Of a stretch of 64,000 nucleotides of DNA, positions 37,957 to 48,128 are shown piece after piece; the stretch's first letter is position 1, and the number at the start of each line of letters is the position of its first letter. The position numbers were made by a program, and so were the translations under genes. Source of the DNA: an uncultured Bacteroidales bacterium (lineage in GTDB: Bacteria > Bacillota_I > Bacilli_A > ML615J-28 > CAG-698). The DNA is taken from positions 14,559 through 78,558 of the forward strand of contig CAYPLR010000001.1 of NCBI GenBank assembly GCA_964411675.1, read 5' to 3'. The notes below the pieces were generated by a model. The model ran no database searches. It had not been told where the DNA came from and worked only from the letters and a program-made list of their open reading frames with translations.

Positions 37957-39396
37957 ATGTTTGATATCATAATAATTGGTGCAGGAGTAAATGGAGCTTT
38001 TGTAGCTTATCGATTAGCAAAATACCAATTAAAGATTTTAGTAATAGATAAAGAAAGTGATGTTGGTAATGAAACAAGTGGTGCAAATAGTGCCATCATT
38101 CATTCTGGGTATGATCCTAATCCTAACACACTAAAAGCAAAACTTAATGTAATGGGAAATAGTTTATATGAAGAGATTTGTCAGGATTTGGATGTTGAAT
38201 TCAAACGGATTGGTTCCATTACCATCGCTTGTAATGAGGAAGAAATTGCTGTACTAGATAAATTAACAACGAATGCAATGGGTAATAAAGTCCCATTTAC
38301 CATTTTAGATGAACACCAATTAAGAGAGATAGAACCTTTCGCTACGAAAAAAGCAAAGAAAGCCTTATATGCTCCGACTTCTGGAATTATCAATCCCTTT
38401 GAATTATGTGTTGCTTTGATGGAAAATGCCATGGACAATGGAGTTTTTCTTCATCTTGAAGAAGAAGTAAAACAAATTTTTAAGTTGAAGGAAGGATTTC
38501 AAGTCGTTACTGATCAAGAAACCTATCAAGCAAAAGTGGTAGTGAATGCTGCCGGTGTGTTTGCTGATGAAATTAATAATATGGTTTGTCCTAATCAAGA
38601 AAAGCTAACGCCAAGAAAAGGGGAGTATTTTGTATTAGATCATTTTACAGAACCTTATGTAACTCATACTTTATTTAGTGTTCCTACTAGTAAAGGAAAA
38701 GGTGTCTTAATCAGCCCATCTACTCATGGTAATTATTTAATAGGGCCATCAAGTACTTTTGTTGGGGAAAAAGATGACGAATCAACAAGCAAAGAAACGT
38801 TAAATGAGGTTCTTGAACAAGCATATCGTTTAGTTGATGCGATTCCTATGCAGCATTTAATTAGACAATTTGCTGGGTTACGTGCTTATCATGAAAGCAA
38901 TGATTTTGTCATTAACCAACCAATTTTTGGATTTATTAATTTACTGGGAATGCAATCACCAGGACTTGCTAGTGCTCCTGCGACCTCTTTAGAAGTAGAA
39001 GCAATGATTAAGGAAAAAATCAATTTGATTCCAAAAGTAAACTATCAAAAAACAAGACGACCCCTATATCGCCTAAATAAAAAAACACTTGCTGAACGAA
39101 GTGAATTAATTAAGCAAAATCCTCAATTTGCTAATATGATTTGTCGTTGTGAACAAGTATCTGAGGGTGAAATTGTTGATGCAATTCATCGTAATTGTGG
39201 TGCTAGAACAATTAAGGGAGTTAAAAAACGTGTTCGACCTGGTTTTGGTAAATGTCAAGGCGGTTTTTGCGAACCTCTAGTCATGAAAATATTAGCAAGA
39301 GAATTAAAAATAGATATGAATGATGTCAGATTTAATAATAAAGGATCTTATATCCTAAAGAATAAGACTAAGGGTGAGAATGATGGTACATTATGA
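37957..39396 (+). CDS. FAD-dependent glycerol-3-phosphate dehydrogenase/oxidase-like protein with C-terminal BFD-like [2Fe-2S] domain
   Basis: 479 aa with the FAD motif IIIGAGVNGAFVAY and the C-terminal Cys cluster CRCEQV...C...CQGGFC. It lies immediately downstream of glpK. Confidence 0.75.
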   Translation: MFDIIIIGAGVNGAFVAYRLAKYQLKILVIDKESDVGNETSGANSAIIHSGYDPNPNTLKAKLNVMGNSLYEEICQDLDVEFKRIGSITIACNEEEIAVLDKLTTNAMGNKVPFTILDEHQLREIEPFATKKAKKALYAPTSGIINPFELCVALMENAMDNGVFLHLEEEVKQIFKLKEGFQVVTDQETYQAKVVVNAAGVFADEINNMVCPNQEKLTPRKGEYFVLDHFTEPYVTHTLFSVPTSKGKGVLISPSTHGNYLIGPSSTFVGEKDDESTSKETLNEVLEQAYRLVDAIPMQHLIRQFAGLRAYHESNDFVINQPIFGFINLLGMQSPGLASAPATSLEVEAMIKEKINLIPKVNYQKTRRPLYRLNKKTLAERSELIKQNPQFANMICRCEQVSEGEIVDAIHRNCGARTIKGVKKRVRPGFGKCQGGFCEPLVMKILARELKIDMNDVRFNNKGSYILKNKTKGENDGTL

Positions 39397-40630
39397 TTTA
39401 GTTGTAATTGGTGGTGGTTCAGCTGGATTAGCAGCAGCTATTAGTGCTTATGACCAAGGAATCCATAAAATAGTCATTTTAGAAAAAGACCCTTATCTTG
39501 GTGGAATTTTACTTCAATGCATTCATAATGGATTTGGTTTACATCAATTTAAAACAGAAATGTCTGGCCCTGAATACGCAGAAAAGTATATTGAAGAAGT
39601 AAAAGCAAGAAAAATCGAATATAAAACTACAGCTATGGTGTTGAAAATCACGCCAAACTTAGAAGTGCATTATTCAAATGCTAAGGATGGCTATCAAATC
39701 ATCAAAGCCAAAGCCATTATTTGTGCAACGGGCTGTAGCGAAAGAACCAGAGGAGCTATTAGTATTCCAGGAGACCGTGTTTCAGGAGTCATGACGGCAG
39801 GACAAGCTCAACGATATTTAAATATTGAAGGCTATATGGTGGGAAAGAAAGTCTTTATTCTAGGTAGTGGTGATATTGGCTTAATTATGGCTCGCCGAAT
39901 GGTACTAGAAGGTGCTGAAGTATTGGGTGTTGCTGAGTTAATGCCATATTCCAATGGTTTGAATCGAAATATTGTTCAATGTTTGCAAGATTATAACATT
40001 CCTTTATATTTACATCACACCGTGAAGAAAATTATTGGTAAGGAACGAGTAGAAAAGATTATTCTTGGTGAAGTAGATGATCAATTTCAATTTATTCCCG
40101 GTAAAGAAAAAGAATTTGAAATAGATACCCTATTATTATCCGTGGGACTAATTCCTTCTAATCCTTTATTAGAAAATATTGGTGTTGCCATTCATCCAAA
40201 AACCAAAGGACCTATCGTTGATGAAAGTTTACAAACAAGTATTCCTGGAATATTTGCTTGTGGAAATGGCTTACATGTTCATGACTTGGTTGATTTTGTT
40301 AGTGGAGAAGGTGATCGCGCAGGAGTATTTGCTAGTCGCTATATCAAAGGTGAGTTGAAAGAAGAACAAGAAACATTAGAACTAGAAGCAAAAAATGGTG
40401 TCTCTTATATTATGCCAAGTAAGATTAACTTAAATCATATTGATAAAGTGCTGTTAAACTTTAGAGTTGCAAAACCTTATTTAAATGTTTTCTTAAAAGT
40501 ATCTCTAAACGGAAAAGAAATTAAAAAAATAAAGAAGTTATATTTGCTCCCTGCTGAGATGGAAAGCCTAGAATTAACGAAGGATAGCTTAGAAGCGGGT
40601 AAATTAACATTGGAGGTTCTAGATGCGTAA
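39374..40630 (+). CDS. FAD/NAD(P)-binding pyridine nucleotide-disulfide family oxidoreductase (partner subunit)
   Basis: 418 aa with two Rossmann motifs, VVIGGGSAGLAAA and FILGSGDIGLIMA. It overlaps the upstream gene. Confidence 0.7.
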   Translation: MRMMVHYDLVVIGGGSAGLAAAISAYDQGIHKIVILEKDPYLGGILLQCIHNGFGLHQFKTEMSGPEYAEKYIEEVKARKIEYKTTAMVLKITPNLEVHYSNAKDGYQIIKAKAIICATGCSERTRGAISIPGDRVSGVMTAGQAQRYLNIEGYMVGKKVFILGSGDIGLIMARRMVLEGAEVLGVAELMPYSNGLNRNIVQCLQDYNIPLYLHHTVKKIIGKERVEKIILGEVDDQFQFIPGKEKEFEIDTLLLSVGLIPSNPLLENIGVAIHPKTKGPIVDESLQTSIPGIFACGNGLHVHDLVDFVSGEGDRAGVFASRYIKGELKEEQETLELEAKNGVSYIMPSKINLNHIDKVLLNFRVAKPYLNVFLKVSLNGKEIKKIKKLYLLPAEMESLELTKDSLEAGKLTLEVLDA

Positions 40631-40967
40631 ATTTATCTGTATTGTTTGCCCAAAAGGCTGTCATTTAGAAGTAGATGACAATTTAAAAGTCACGGGTAAT
40701 AGCTGTAAACGAGGAGAGACTTATGGTATTAGTGAAGCAACTAATCCAGTTAGAATGGTTACTTCTACAGTAAAAATAAAGAGTGAGTTTATTACAAGAT
40801 TACCAGTTCGTACGGATAAACCGATTCCAAAGGATAGAATATTTGATGTAATGGCAGAAATTAATAAAATTGAAGCCGTAGCACCCATTACCATTAAAGA
40901 TGTTTTAATCAACAATGTACTTGGATTAGGAGCAAATATCATCGCAACAAGAACTGTTGAAAAATAA
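40623..40967 (+). CDS. DUF1667-type small Cys-containing protein (third component)
   Basis: 114 aa, CIVCPKGCHLEVDD...NSCKRGETYG, overlapping the upstream gene. Confidence 0.7.
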   Translation: MRKFICIVCPKGCHLEVDDNLKVTGNSCKRGETYGISEATNPVRMVTSTVKIKSEFITRLPVRTDKPIPKDRIFDVMAEINKIEAVAPITIKDVLINNVLGLGANIIATRTVEK

Positions 40968-40974
40968 ACAACAA

Positions 40975-41003
40975 AAAGCCTCATATTAGAGGCTTTTTAT
41001 TTT
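40975..41003. terminator. bidirectional terminator
   Basis: aaagcctc-atatta-gaggcttt followed by tttatttt. Confidence 0.8.
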
Positions 41004-41845
41004 AGACGATAGTCATAAGTGTTTGTTAAGACACGAAATCCGATTTTTTCATAAACTCGATTGGAAATAGGATTGCTTTTATCAACAAATAACGTGGCAT
41101 ATTGAAATCCTTGTTGAAATATAATTTCACAAGCATAATACATCATGGAAGTAGCATACCCTTTTCCCCTAAATTCAGGATAAGTATAGACAGCAGTGAC
41201 AGCTTTTCCGTCTTTTAAATCACGACTTAACATAACAATGGATGTTTTAATATTATCCTCGTTGTAGTAAATGTAAAATTTGTGATTGGTAATTCTATCT
41301 TGATATCTTGTGATGAGTTCAGAATAAGGGATATCTTCGTGCAAACATTCCTTGTTGAAATTATAAAGACAATCAAGGATAAAATCAGTTTCCTCTATAC
41401 CAGAACAAACTAATTTTCCTTGTAACTTTGGTTTAATCAAATGATCTAAACGCATGATATCCATTGCAGTTTTAAGAACAAATTCAGTGGGGTATATGAT
41501 TTGATATTCAGCAATAAAAATATCACAAACCTCTTTATCAGCAAGAATACCTTTGATTTCAATTTTTTGCTCTATTATATCTTGAACTAGGGCTTTAATA
41601 GCAGTGGGTTGATGGTGTTCACTAAATAAAACTAAGTTATGGGGGTTGGCATTTAAAAACAACAATTCTAATTTACCATCACAATATACTCCTCCACGAT
41701 AAGCCACCTTAGGTAGCAATTCGTCTGTTAAATTGTTTTGTAAATTGGCAATAAAGATTTGTGTTTCTTCTTGATAAGTATCTAATAATACTTGATATTG
41801 TTGGAAAAAGTCGAGGTTTGTTGGTGATAGTTTGATTGTAATCAT
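40997..41845 (-). CDS. GNAT family N-acetyltransferase with N-terminal accessory domain
   Basis: The upstream track extension is unsupported. ATG at 41845 with RBS aggaga gives MITIKLSPTN.... The C-terminal GNAT motifs are RGKGYATSMMYYACEII and GFRVLT. Confidence 0.7.
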   Translation of the reverse strand: MITIKLSPTNLDFFQQYQVLLDTYQEETQIFIANLQNNLTDELLPKVAYRGGVYCDGKLELLFLNANPHNLVLFSEHHQPTAIKALVQDIIEQKIEIKGILADKEVCDIFIAEYQIIYPTEFVLKTAMDIMRLDHLIKPKLQGKLVCSGIEETDFILDCLYNFNKECLHEDIPYSELITRYQDRITNHKFYIYYNEDNIKTSIVMLSRDLKDGKAVTAVYTYPEFRGKGYATSMMYYACEIIFQQGFQYATLFVDKSNPISNRVYEKIGFRVLTNTYDYRLK

Positions 41846-41976
41846 TGTTTTTCTCCTGTTTGTAGTATTATAACACAAATGAAAGAACTTAGTAAGAAGG
41901 TTTTCACATTTTTTATTTCCCTTGAAAAAGAAAAAATAACATACTATAATTGACATATAGAAAGAGGAGGGGAATT

Positions 41977-43251
41977 ATGGCACTTAACACATCGATTGAA
42001 TTGCGCAATAAAATATTTTACCAAGTATTTGTTCGTCAATTTTCCAAGAAACACAATTTTCAAGGAGTCATTGAAAAACTGGATGAAATCAAAACATTAG
42101 AAGTGGATATCATTCAATTGTTACCCATTCATCCAATTGGTAAGAAGAATAGAAAAGGAAATATTGGTAGTCCTTATTCCATTAAAAACTACTATGAAAT
42201 AGATCCAGATCTAGGAACAATGACAGATTTTACTCATCTTTTAGAAGAAGCCCACAAAAAGGGATTGAAAGTAATTATTGATATTGTTTTTAATCATACA
42301 TCACATGACGCGGATTATACTAAAACTCATCCAGAATGGTATTACCATAAAGAAGATGGTAGTTTTTGTAATCGCGTAGGTGATTGGTGGGACATTATTG
42401 ATTTTAAATTTGATAATAATAAGGCATTAGAAGATGAATTGATTCATGTATTAACTTATTGGGCAAGAATCGGTGTCGATGGATTTCGCTGTGACGTAGC
42501 TCCAATTATACCATTAACTTTTTGGAAGCGAGCTCGCGAGGAATTAACCAAATCATTTCCTAATTTGTTATATGTTTCTGAGAGTGTACATCCAGGTTTT
42601 ATCAAATATTTGCGTGATTTGGGATATGATGCTTGTAGTGATTCAGAAGTTTTTCAAGTGTTTGATATTTGCTATGATTATGATATTTTTGATGACTTTG
42701 GGAATTATCTAAAAGGAACTAGCACATTACAAAAATGGGCGGAGGATCTAGTAAGACAAGAAACAATTTATCCAAAAAATTATGTGAAACTAAAGTATTT
42801 AGAAAATCACGATTTTCCTCGAGCAGCTTCGTATTGTAGGAATGATGTGATATTACGAAATGCTACAGCCATGATGTACTTTCTAAAAGGTGCTCAATTT
42901 ATTTTTAATGGCCAAGAATGTGGAGCAAGCAATCGCCCTGATTTATTTGAGTATGATGAAATCGATTGGAGTAATTATAATAGAGCTAATATTGCTACTA
43001 TGATGAAAAAATTAGGAAAATTAAAGAAAGAGACTAATTATGTAAATGGAGTTATGGATGTTTCTTGTTTATCAACCGATATTTTAAAGATTACTTATCA
43101 GAAAGATCATAAACTATATACAGGTATTTTTAACTTTGGCGAAGCGAAAGAGCTTGATGTTGAAGCTGGGTATGATATATTAACAGAAGTGGAGTTTGTT
43201 GGAGGTAATATTATCATCGTTGAACCATTGGTACTTGTTAAAGATTTATAA
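41977..43251 (+). CDS. cytoplasmic GH13 alpha-amylase family enzyme (about 425 aa)
   Basis: Track start 41950 is TTG. ATG at 41977 follows agaggagggg. GH13 regions: DIVFNHTS, GFRCDVAPI, YVSESVH and LENHD. No signal peptide. Confidence 0.8.
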   Translation: MALNTSIELRNKIFYQVFVRQFSKKHNFQGVIEKLDEIKTLEVDIIQLLPIHPIGKKNRKGNIGSPYSIKNYYEIDPDLGTMTDFTHLLEEAHKKGLKVIIDIVFNHTSHDADYTKTHPEWYYHKEDGSFCNRVGDWWDIIDFKFDNNKALEDELIHVLTYWARIGVDGFRCDVAPIIPLTFWKRAREELTKSFPNLLYVSESVHPGFIKYLRDLGYDACSDSEVFQVFDICYDYDIFDDFGNYLKGTSTLQKWAEDLVRQETIYPKNYVKLKYLENHDFPRAASYCRNDVILRNATAMMYFLKGAQFIFNGQECGASNRPDLFEYDEIDWSNYNRANIATMMKKLGKLKKETNYVNGVMDVSCLSTDILKITYQKDHKLYTGIFNFGEAKELDVEAGYDILTEVEFVGGNIIIVEPLVLVKDL

Positions 43252-43258
43252 AGAAAAA

Positions 43259-43292
43259 TAAAAATCCTCTTTTATAAGAGGATTTTCTCATT
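43259..43292. terminator. bidirectional terminator
   Basis: aaaatcctctt-ttata-aagaggatttt. Confidence 0.8.
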
Positions 43293-43301
43293 TTGTATTA
43301 T

Positions 43302-44339
43302 TTAAAAGCAGCGACTGTTTCTTTCTCTTAGACATTTTTGTTTGTCTTTTGCTTTTTCACAGCGATAACAAATTTCATTATTCATAAAACGATCTGCAAA
43401 GAAATCATCAAGGTTACTTAATGTCACTTTTGCAATGGCTTCTAATGCTTCTTCGGTAAAAAATGCTTGATGGGAAGTAATGATAACATTAGGACGCGAC
43501 ACTAGTAATGCTAATACGTCATCTTTCACAATGGTTCCTGATAAATCTTCAAAGAATAAATCACTTTCTTCTTCATAAACATCAAGACCAGCTCCTCGAA
43601 CCTTTCCACTATTTAATGCTGCAAGTAGAGCATCTGAATCAACTAAAGCCCCACGAGAAGTGTTAATTAGATAAACACCATTTTTCATCATGGCTAGGGA
43701 ATCTTTGTTGATGATGTGTTTTGTTTCATCTGTTAATGGGCAATGTAGGGAAATAATGTCACTTTGTTGGAAAAGCTCTTGCAATGATACATAATGAATA
43801 TCACTATTAGGACGAGGATAAGGATCATAAGCAATGACATTCATCTTGAATCCCTTACAAATATCAATAAAGGTCATTCCTATTTTACCTGTACCAATGA
43901 TACCAATTGTTTTATTATGGAGATCTATTCCCATTAAATTATTAAGACTGAAGTTAAAGTCCCTAGTTCTAATGTAAGCTTTATGTATTTTTCTATTTAG
44001 AGTTAGTAGTAAGGCCATAGCATGTTCTGCAACTGCATATGGAGAATATTCAGGAACTCTAACAATATGAATTTTCTCATAAGCGTATTTTACATCGACA
44101 TTATTATATCCAGCACTTCGTAAGGCAATCACTCTGATGCCTTCTTCATATAAAATGTCAATCACATCTTTGCTGATTTCATCATTCACAAATGCACAGA
44201 CTGCATCATGACCTTTTGCAAATTTTGCTGTGTTTTTATTCAATTTATTTTCAATATAAGTGATTTCATAGTTTGTATTAAAACGATCAAACCACACATG
44301 ATCATAGGGCTTTGTATCAAAAAAAGCTAGTTTTTTCAC
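43302..44339 (-). CDS. ldhA: D-lactate dehydrogenase (D-isomer-specific 2-hydroxyacid dehydrogenase, LdhA-like)
   Basis: Close resemblance to E. coli LdhA throughout (KKLAFFDTKPYD..., GIIGTGKIGM, SLHCPLT, TSRGALVD). The probable start is GTG at 44339, 8 nt after aaggagg, so the track start 44357 is likely over-extended. Confidence 0.8.
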   Translation of the reverse strand: MKKLAFFDTKPYDHVWFDRFNTNYEITYIENKLNKNTAKFAKGHDAVCAFVNDEISKDVIDILYEEGIRVIALRSAGYNNVDVKYAYEKIHIVRVPEYSPYAVAEHAMALLLTLNRKIHKAYIRTRDFNFSLNNLMGIDLHNKTIGIIGTGKIGMTFIDICKGFKMNVIAYDPYPRPNSDIHYVSLQELFQQSDIISLHCPLTDETKHIINKDSLAMMKNGVYLINTSRGALVDSDALLAALNSGKVRGAGLDVYEEESDLFFEDLSGTIVKDDVLALLVSRPNVIITSHQAFFTEEALEAIAKVTLSNLDDFFADRFMNNEICYRCEKAKDKQKCLRERNSRCF

Positions 44340-44420
44340 AAAAAATTCCTCCTTCATAGATTTCTCTATAGTATCATTTTATATTAGTCGCTCATTTTTG
44401 TAAAGTGATTTGCACATATA

Positions 44421-44447
44421 AAAAAGCACTTTCTAAAGTGCTTTTAT
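44421..44447 (-). terminator. terminator downstream of the LacI-family gene
   Basis: aaagcacttt-ct-aaagtgcttt palindrome. Confidence 0.7.
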
Positions 44448-45421
44448 TTATGTCTTGTTGAATCTCGTTCTTTTAATGAAATTTTAATAATACGATGTTG
44501 TTCCAAAATTTCTTTTCCCTCAATTAGTTTTAACAAAGTATTTACTGCTTCAACTCCCATATATTGGATGGGTTGGTTGATAGTAGTTAGAGCAGGATAA
44601 ATCCATCTTGATATAGCAAGGCCGTCAAAGCTAACTAGGAAAATATCATCTCCCAATTTTCGTCCTAATTTATTTAGAATACCCGTTACAATCACACCTA
44701 AGGTATCAGAGGTTGTAAAGATACCATCGATTTGAGGATTGTTTAGTAAATAATTGTAAATAAAACTAGAATCAGGAGCGACTAAATCAAAATCATAGAA
44801 TTCCCAATTGATGTTATGCTTCTTTAATACATTTGTAAAACCTAGGGTTCTTTCAGAAGTGGTAATTAAGAAGGATGGTCCTCTAAACAATACGAAATTC
44901 TTCGCTCCACATTCAATCAGTTTTTCTGCAGCTAAACGACCGCCTTCGATATTGTCAGTAGTAATAGAAGGAATACTTGGATCAAGAATATGATCGATTG
45001 ATACGATTGGAATATTTAAATTCATTACTTTTTCAACATTAAAAAAGTTAGAGCAAATAATCAATCCGTCGATTACATAATCTTCAAAGACTTTAATATA
45101 ATCTAGTTCTCGTTCTATATTATTATTGGTAATACATAGCATTACTTTTAATCCATTGGCAATCGCTTCATTTTCAATTCCATCGATTAACTCAGCAATA
45201 AAAGGAGCAACGGTATGAGGAATTATTACGCCGATAATGGATGAACGTCTTTTCAACAATAATCGTGCCAATTGATTAGGAACATAACCGCTTTTCTTTA
45301 CAATATCATCAATAATTTTCTTGGTTTCTTCATGAACATAGCCTTTGTTATTAATACAACGACTAACAGTAGCAACACTTACGTTTGCTTCTTTGGCGAT
45401 TTCTCTAATTGTAATTTTCAT
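44444..45421 (-). CDS. LacI family transcriptional regulator (probable maltodextrin/starch regulon repressor)
   Basis: 325 aa with the N-terminal HTH ITIREIAKEANVSVATVSRCINNKGYV and a periplasmic-binding-protein-like sugar-binding core. Confidence 0.85.
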   Translation of the reverse strand: MKITIREIAKEANVSVATVSRCINNKGYVHEETKKIIDDIVKKSGYVPNQLARLLLKRRSSIIGVIIPHTVAPFIAELIDGIENEAIANGLKVMLCITNNNIERELDYIKVFEDYVIDGLIICSNFFNVEKVMNLNIPIVSIDHILDPSIPSITTDNIEGGRLAAEKLIECGAKNFVLFRGPSFLITTSERTLGFTNVLKKHNINWEFYDFDLVAPDSSFIYNYLLNNPQIDGIFTTSDTLGVIVTGILNKLGRKLGDDIFLVSFDGLAISRWIYPALTTINQPIQYMGVEAVNTLLKLIEGKEILEQHRIIKISLKERDSTRHK

Positions 45422-45461
45422 TTACATTTACCTCGAGATTCATTATAGCAAAAACAACTAT

Positions 45462-45494
45462 AAAAGTCAAAAACTACACTAGAATTAGTGTAGT
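45462..45494 (-). terminator. terminator of the minus-strand neopullulanase operon
   Basis: actacacta-gaat-tagtgtagt, with a T-run on the minus strand. Confidence 0.7.
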
Positions 45495-45512
45495 CTTCTT
45501 GATTAGTTATTT

Positions 45513-47351
45513 TTATTTTACTTTGAAAATTAAAAAACCATAGGCTTTGATGGAAATACTCTCTTTTAAATGAACGATTTCGTTTGAATAAAGATTGAAT
45601 CCTTCTACGTTTTTTATGACTTCTGGAAGAGATAAGCTTTCTTCTTGATTGTTGTTATTCATCAGGAAGAAGATGTCATCTTTTTGGTAAATTAGAATAT
45701 TGTTTTTCGTATATAGCCATTTGATATCAATGCTACTGAAACTAGAGAATGATTTTCTTAGGGAAATTAACCATTGGAAGAAAGCAAATAATTCTTTGTC
45801 TTGTTTTTCTTCATCCCAAATCATACAACGACGATTGTCTGGGTCTTTTCCTCCATCGAGACCTATTTCATCTCCATAGAAAATAGCGGGTGATCCACAA
45901 AAACTAAAAAGGAATAAATAGGCTAATTTCACAATCTCTTTATTTTGATTTGCTCGATGAAGGATTCTCATCGTATCATGAGAGTCAATCAAATTAAACA
46001 TTTGGCTAGCAACATTACGAGGATATCGAACTAAAATCTCGTTGATTTTGTAACTGAATTCTTCAGCATTGATGCGATTAACATCTTTGAAAGTAAAAAA
46101 TTGCCAAATTGGATAGGTTAACTCATAATTCATTACAGCATTAAATTGATCTGGACCTAACCAAGGAGTAGAATCTTCCCAGTTTTCTCCAAGGATATAA
46201 ATATCAGGTTTTATTTTAGTAACAACTTGTTTGAATTTACGCCAGAAAGCGTGGCTAACTTCATTCGATACATCTAAACGCCATCCATCAATATCAAAAT
46301 TCTTGACCCAAAAGGCCGCAACCCTCAATAAGTATTTTTCCATAATAGGATTAGAAGTCTTTAATTTCGGCATGAATGGTGTAAAGGCAAAGGTGCGATA
46401 GTTAGGATAAATTCGACCTTCTATCTTTGGGGTATTATTTTCTAAAGGGAAGTTAATGATTTCATCGCTTTCGATATAAAAGCAATCATAATATTTTGAC
46501 TTTTTGCCTTTTTGAATCACATTTTGAAAATAAGGATGAAACCAACCACAATGATTAAACACAGCGTCGAGCATGACTTTAATTCCTGCTTGATGGCAAG
46601 CTTTTACCATTTGTTTGAATTCTTGGTTGGTTCCAAAGGAAGGATCAATTTTGAAATAATCAATCGTGTCATATTTATGAGCAGAAGTAGCAGAAAAAAT
46701 AGGAGTAAAATAAATTCCATTGATACCAAGATTTTTTAGGTAAGGAATGGCTTCTATGATTCCTGAAATATTTCCACCAAAGAACATTTTATTGTCTATA
46801 CCTTTTGGATATTCTCCCCAGGGTAGATAATTTCCTTTTGTGTTTGAGGCTTTTCTAAATCGTTCTGGGAAGATTTGATACCAAATGGTATCTTTAATCC
46901 ATGGAAGAGGTTTAACAATATCTTCTTCATTCATATATGGATAGCAAAAATATTCAAAGCCATCATAAATAATCTTTTTGTCATTTTCTAAATCAATCTT
47001 AATTAATTTTTTGCTACCATAGAAGTATACATCCTTTCCTTTATACAAGATGAATGCATATTTGGCACGTTTGAAAGGGGCAACTTCTTCGATAAACCAA
47101 TAATCAAAGAGCTCAGTGGTATATTTTTTTTCTAATACTTTTCTTTCTTTCGTTTCAATAATCCAATAATATTGTCCATTGACTGGAACCCAATCATGGG
47201 GGTCTCCAAATAACATTTCTACTTTATCAATATCTAATTTTCCTGTTTGAAGATAGATATGAAGATGATCTGTATCATAGGCATAGGCCATGTTGCTATT
47301 TGGATTATGTTTGATTGCTTCTTTTATCATATTAATTTCCTGCACTTTCAT
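45513..47351 (-). CDS. cytoplasmic neopullulanase / maltogenic amylase / cyclomaltodextrinase (GH13_20-like)
   Basis: 612 aa with no signal peptide and an N-terminal N-domain. GH13 regions: DAVFNHCG, GWRLDVSNEV, GENWED and LIDSHDTMR. Confidence 0.85.
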   Translation of the reverse strand: MKVQEINMIKEAIKHNPNSNMAYAYDTDHLHIYLQTGKLDIDKVEMLFGDPHDWVPVNGQYYWIIETKERKVLEKKYTTELFDYWFIEEVAPFKRAKYAFILYKGKDVYFYGSKKLIKIDLENDKKIIYDGFEYFCYPYMNEEDIVKPLPWIKDTIWYQIFPERFRKASNTKGNYLPWGEYPKGIDNKMFFGGNISGIIEAIPYLKNLGINGIYFTPIFSATSAHKYDTIDYFKIDPSFGTNQEFKQMVKACHQAGIKVMLDAVFNHCGWFHPYFQNVIQKGKKSKYYDCFYIESDEIINFPLENNTPKIEGRIYPNYRTFAFTPFMPKLKTSNPIMEKYLLRVAAFWVKNFDIDGWRLDVSNEVSHAFWRKFKQVVTKIKPDIYILGENWEDSTPWLGPDQFNAVMNYELTYPIWQFFTFKDVNRINAEEFSYKINEILVRYPRNVASQMFNLIDSHDTMRILHRANQNKEIVKLAYLFLFSFCGSPAIFYGDEIGLDGGKDPDNRRCMIWDEEKQDKELFAFFQWLISLRKSFSSFSSIDIKWLYTKNNILIYQKDDIFFLMNNNNQEESLSLPEVIKNVEGFNLYSNEIVHLKESISIKAYGFLIFKVK

Positions 47352-48123
47352 ATTTTTTAAGCCCTAAGCGCCATAAACCATAAGCAAAAACACTTAAGAG
47401 AATGGTTACAGTAACTATCAAGAGTGTTAACAACCAAATTGATTTTCCTCGATATAAGTAATCGATTGGGTAATACATCGCTAGTGAGAAAGGAATAATA
47501 TAGACTAAGATCACTTTCACAATACGATTAAAAATATCAATGGGATACTTTGTAAAACTAGATAATTCATAAATCGTGGTCATTAATTCAATACTTCGTT
47601 TTGTCCAAAAAGCAACACTTGCAAAGATAAGTTTAATTGCTGTAAAGATAAAAATCGCAAAGAAACCACAAATAATCAAAGGGATGACATTATTTAGTGA
47701 CCAAACGATTGTTTGCATCGGTCCATAAACGACCAATAGAAAAACACCAAGAATAAATTCACCTAAGCCATCATATTGAAAATCATCAGCAATTAATTGA
47801 AATAGAGGATTAAGGGGTTTAATTAGGTATTTATCAAGATCCCCTTTACGAATGGACCACCCTCCTAACCACCAAATAGCATCTGTAAGGACGTGATCGA
47901 TGGATTTAGGAATCAAACAAAAACCATAAAGGAACGCCATCTTTTCAAAAGTCCATCCGTTTAGAGAGGGAATGGAAGAAATTGTCAGATAAAGGGTCGA
48001 GAAAGCCACAATATTCGTAATCAAGAAGGACACAACTCCAATGATGGCATCCACTTTATAACTTAATTTTGTTTTGATGCACATGGCTACATAATGAGGA
48101 TATAATTTAAAGTATTTTTTCAT
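47332..48123 (-). CDS. ABC-2 type transporter permease (COG3694-like)
   Basis: 263 aa with 6 TM helices, overlapping the neopullulanase start by 20 nt. Confidence 0.65.
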   Translation of the reverse strand: MKKYFKLYPHYVAMCIKTKLSYKVDAIIGVVSFLITNIVAFSTLYLTISSIPSLNGWTFEKMAFLYGFCLIPKSIDHVLTDAIWWLGGWSIRKGDLDKYLIKPLNPLFQLIADDFQYDGLGEFILGVFLLVVYGPMQTIVWSLNNVIPLIICGFFAIFIFTAIKLIFASVAFWTKRSIELMTTIYELSSFTKYPIDIFNRIVKVILVYIIPFSLAMYYPIDYLYRGKSIWLLTLLIVTVTILLSVFAYGLWRLGLKKYESAGN

Positions 48124-48128
48124 ATTAT

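Noticed and set aside
40997-41956. N-terminal 37-aa extension of the GNAT gene, and extensions at 41950 (TTG), 57949, 57796 (TTG), 8071 (GTG), 6233 (TTG), 52953 (TTG), 11059 and 44357.
   Set aside because: The track appears to accept TTG/GTG starts and the longest ORF. In each case a strong RBS sits inside the extension, followed by ATG or GTG at the position matching family N-termini or signal peptides.
43302-43370. Cys-rich C-terminal tail (CYRCEKAKDKQKCLRERNSRCF) on the D-lactate dehydrogenase.
   Set aside because: It is a short extension relative to LdhA with four Cys that could bind metal. With no supporting context it may simply be lineage-specific tail sequence. Low priority.
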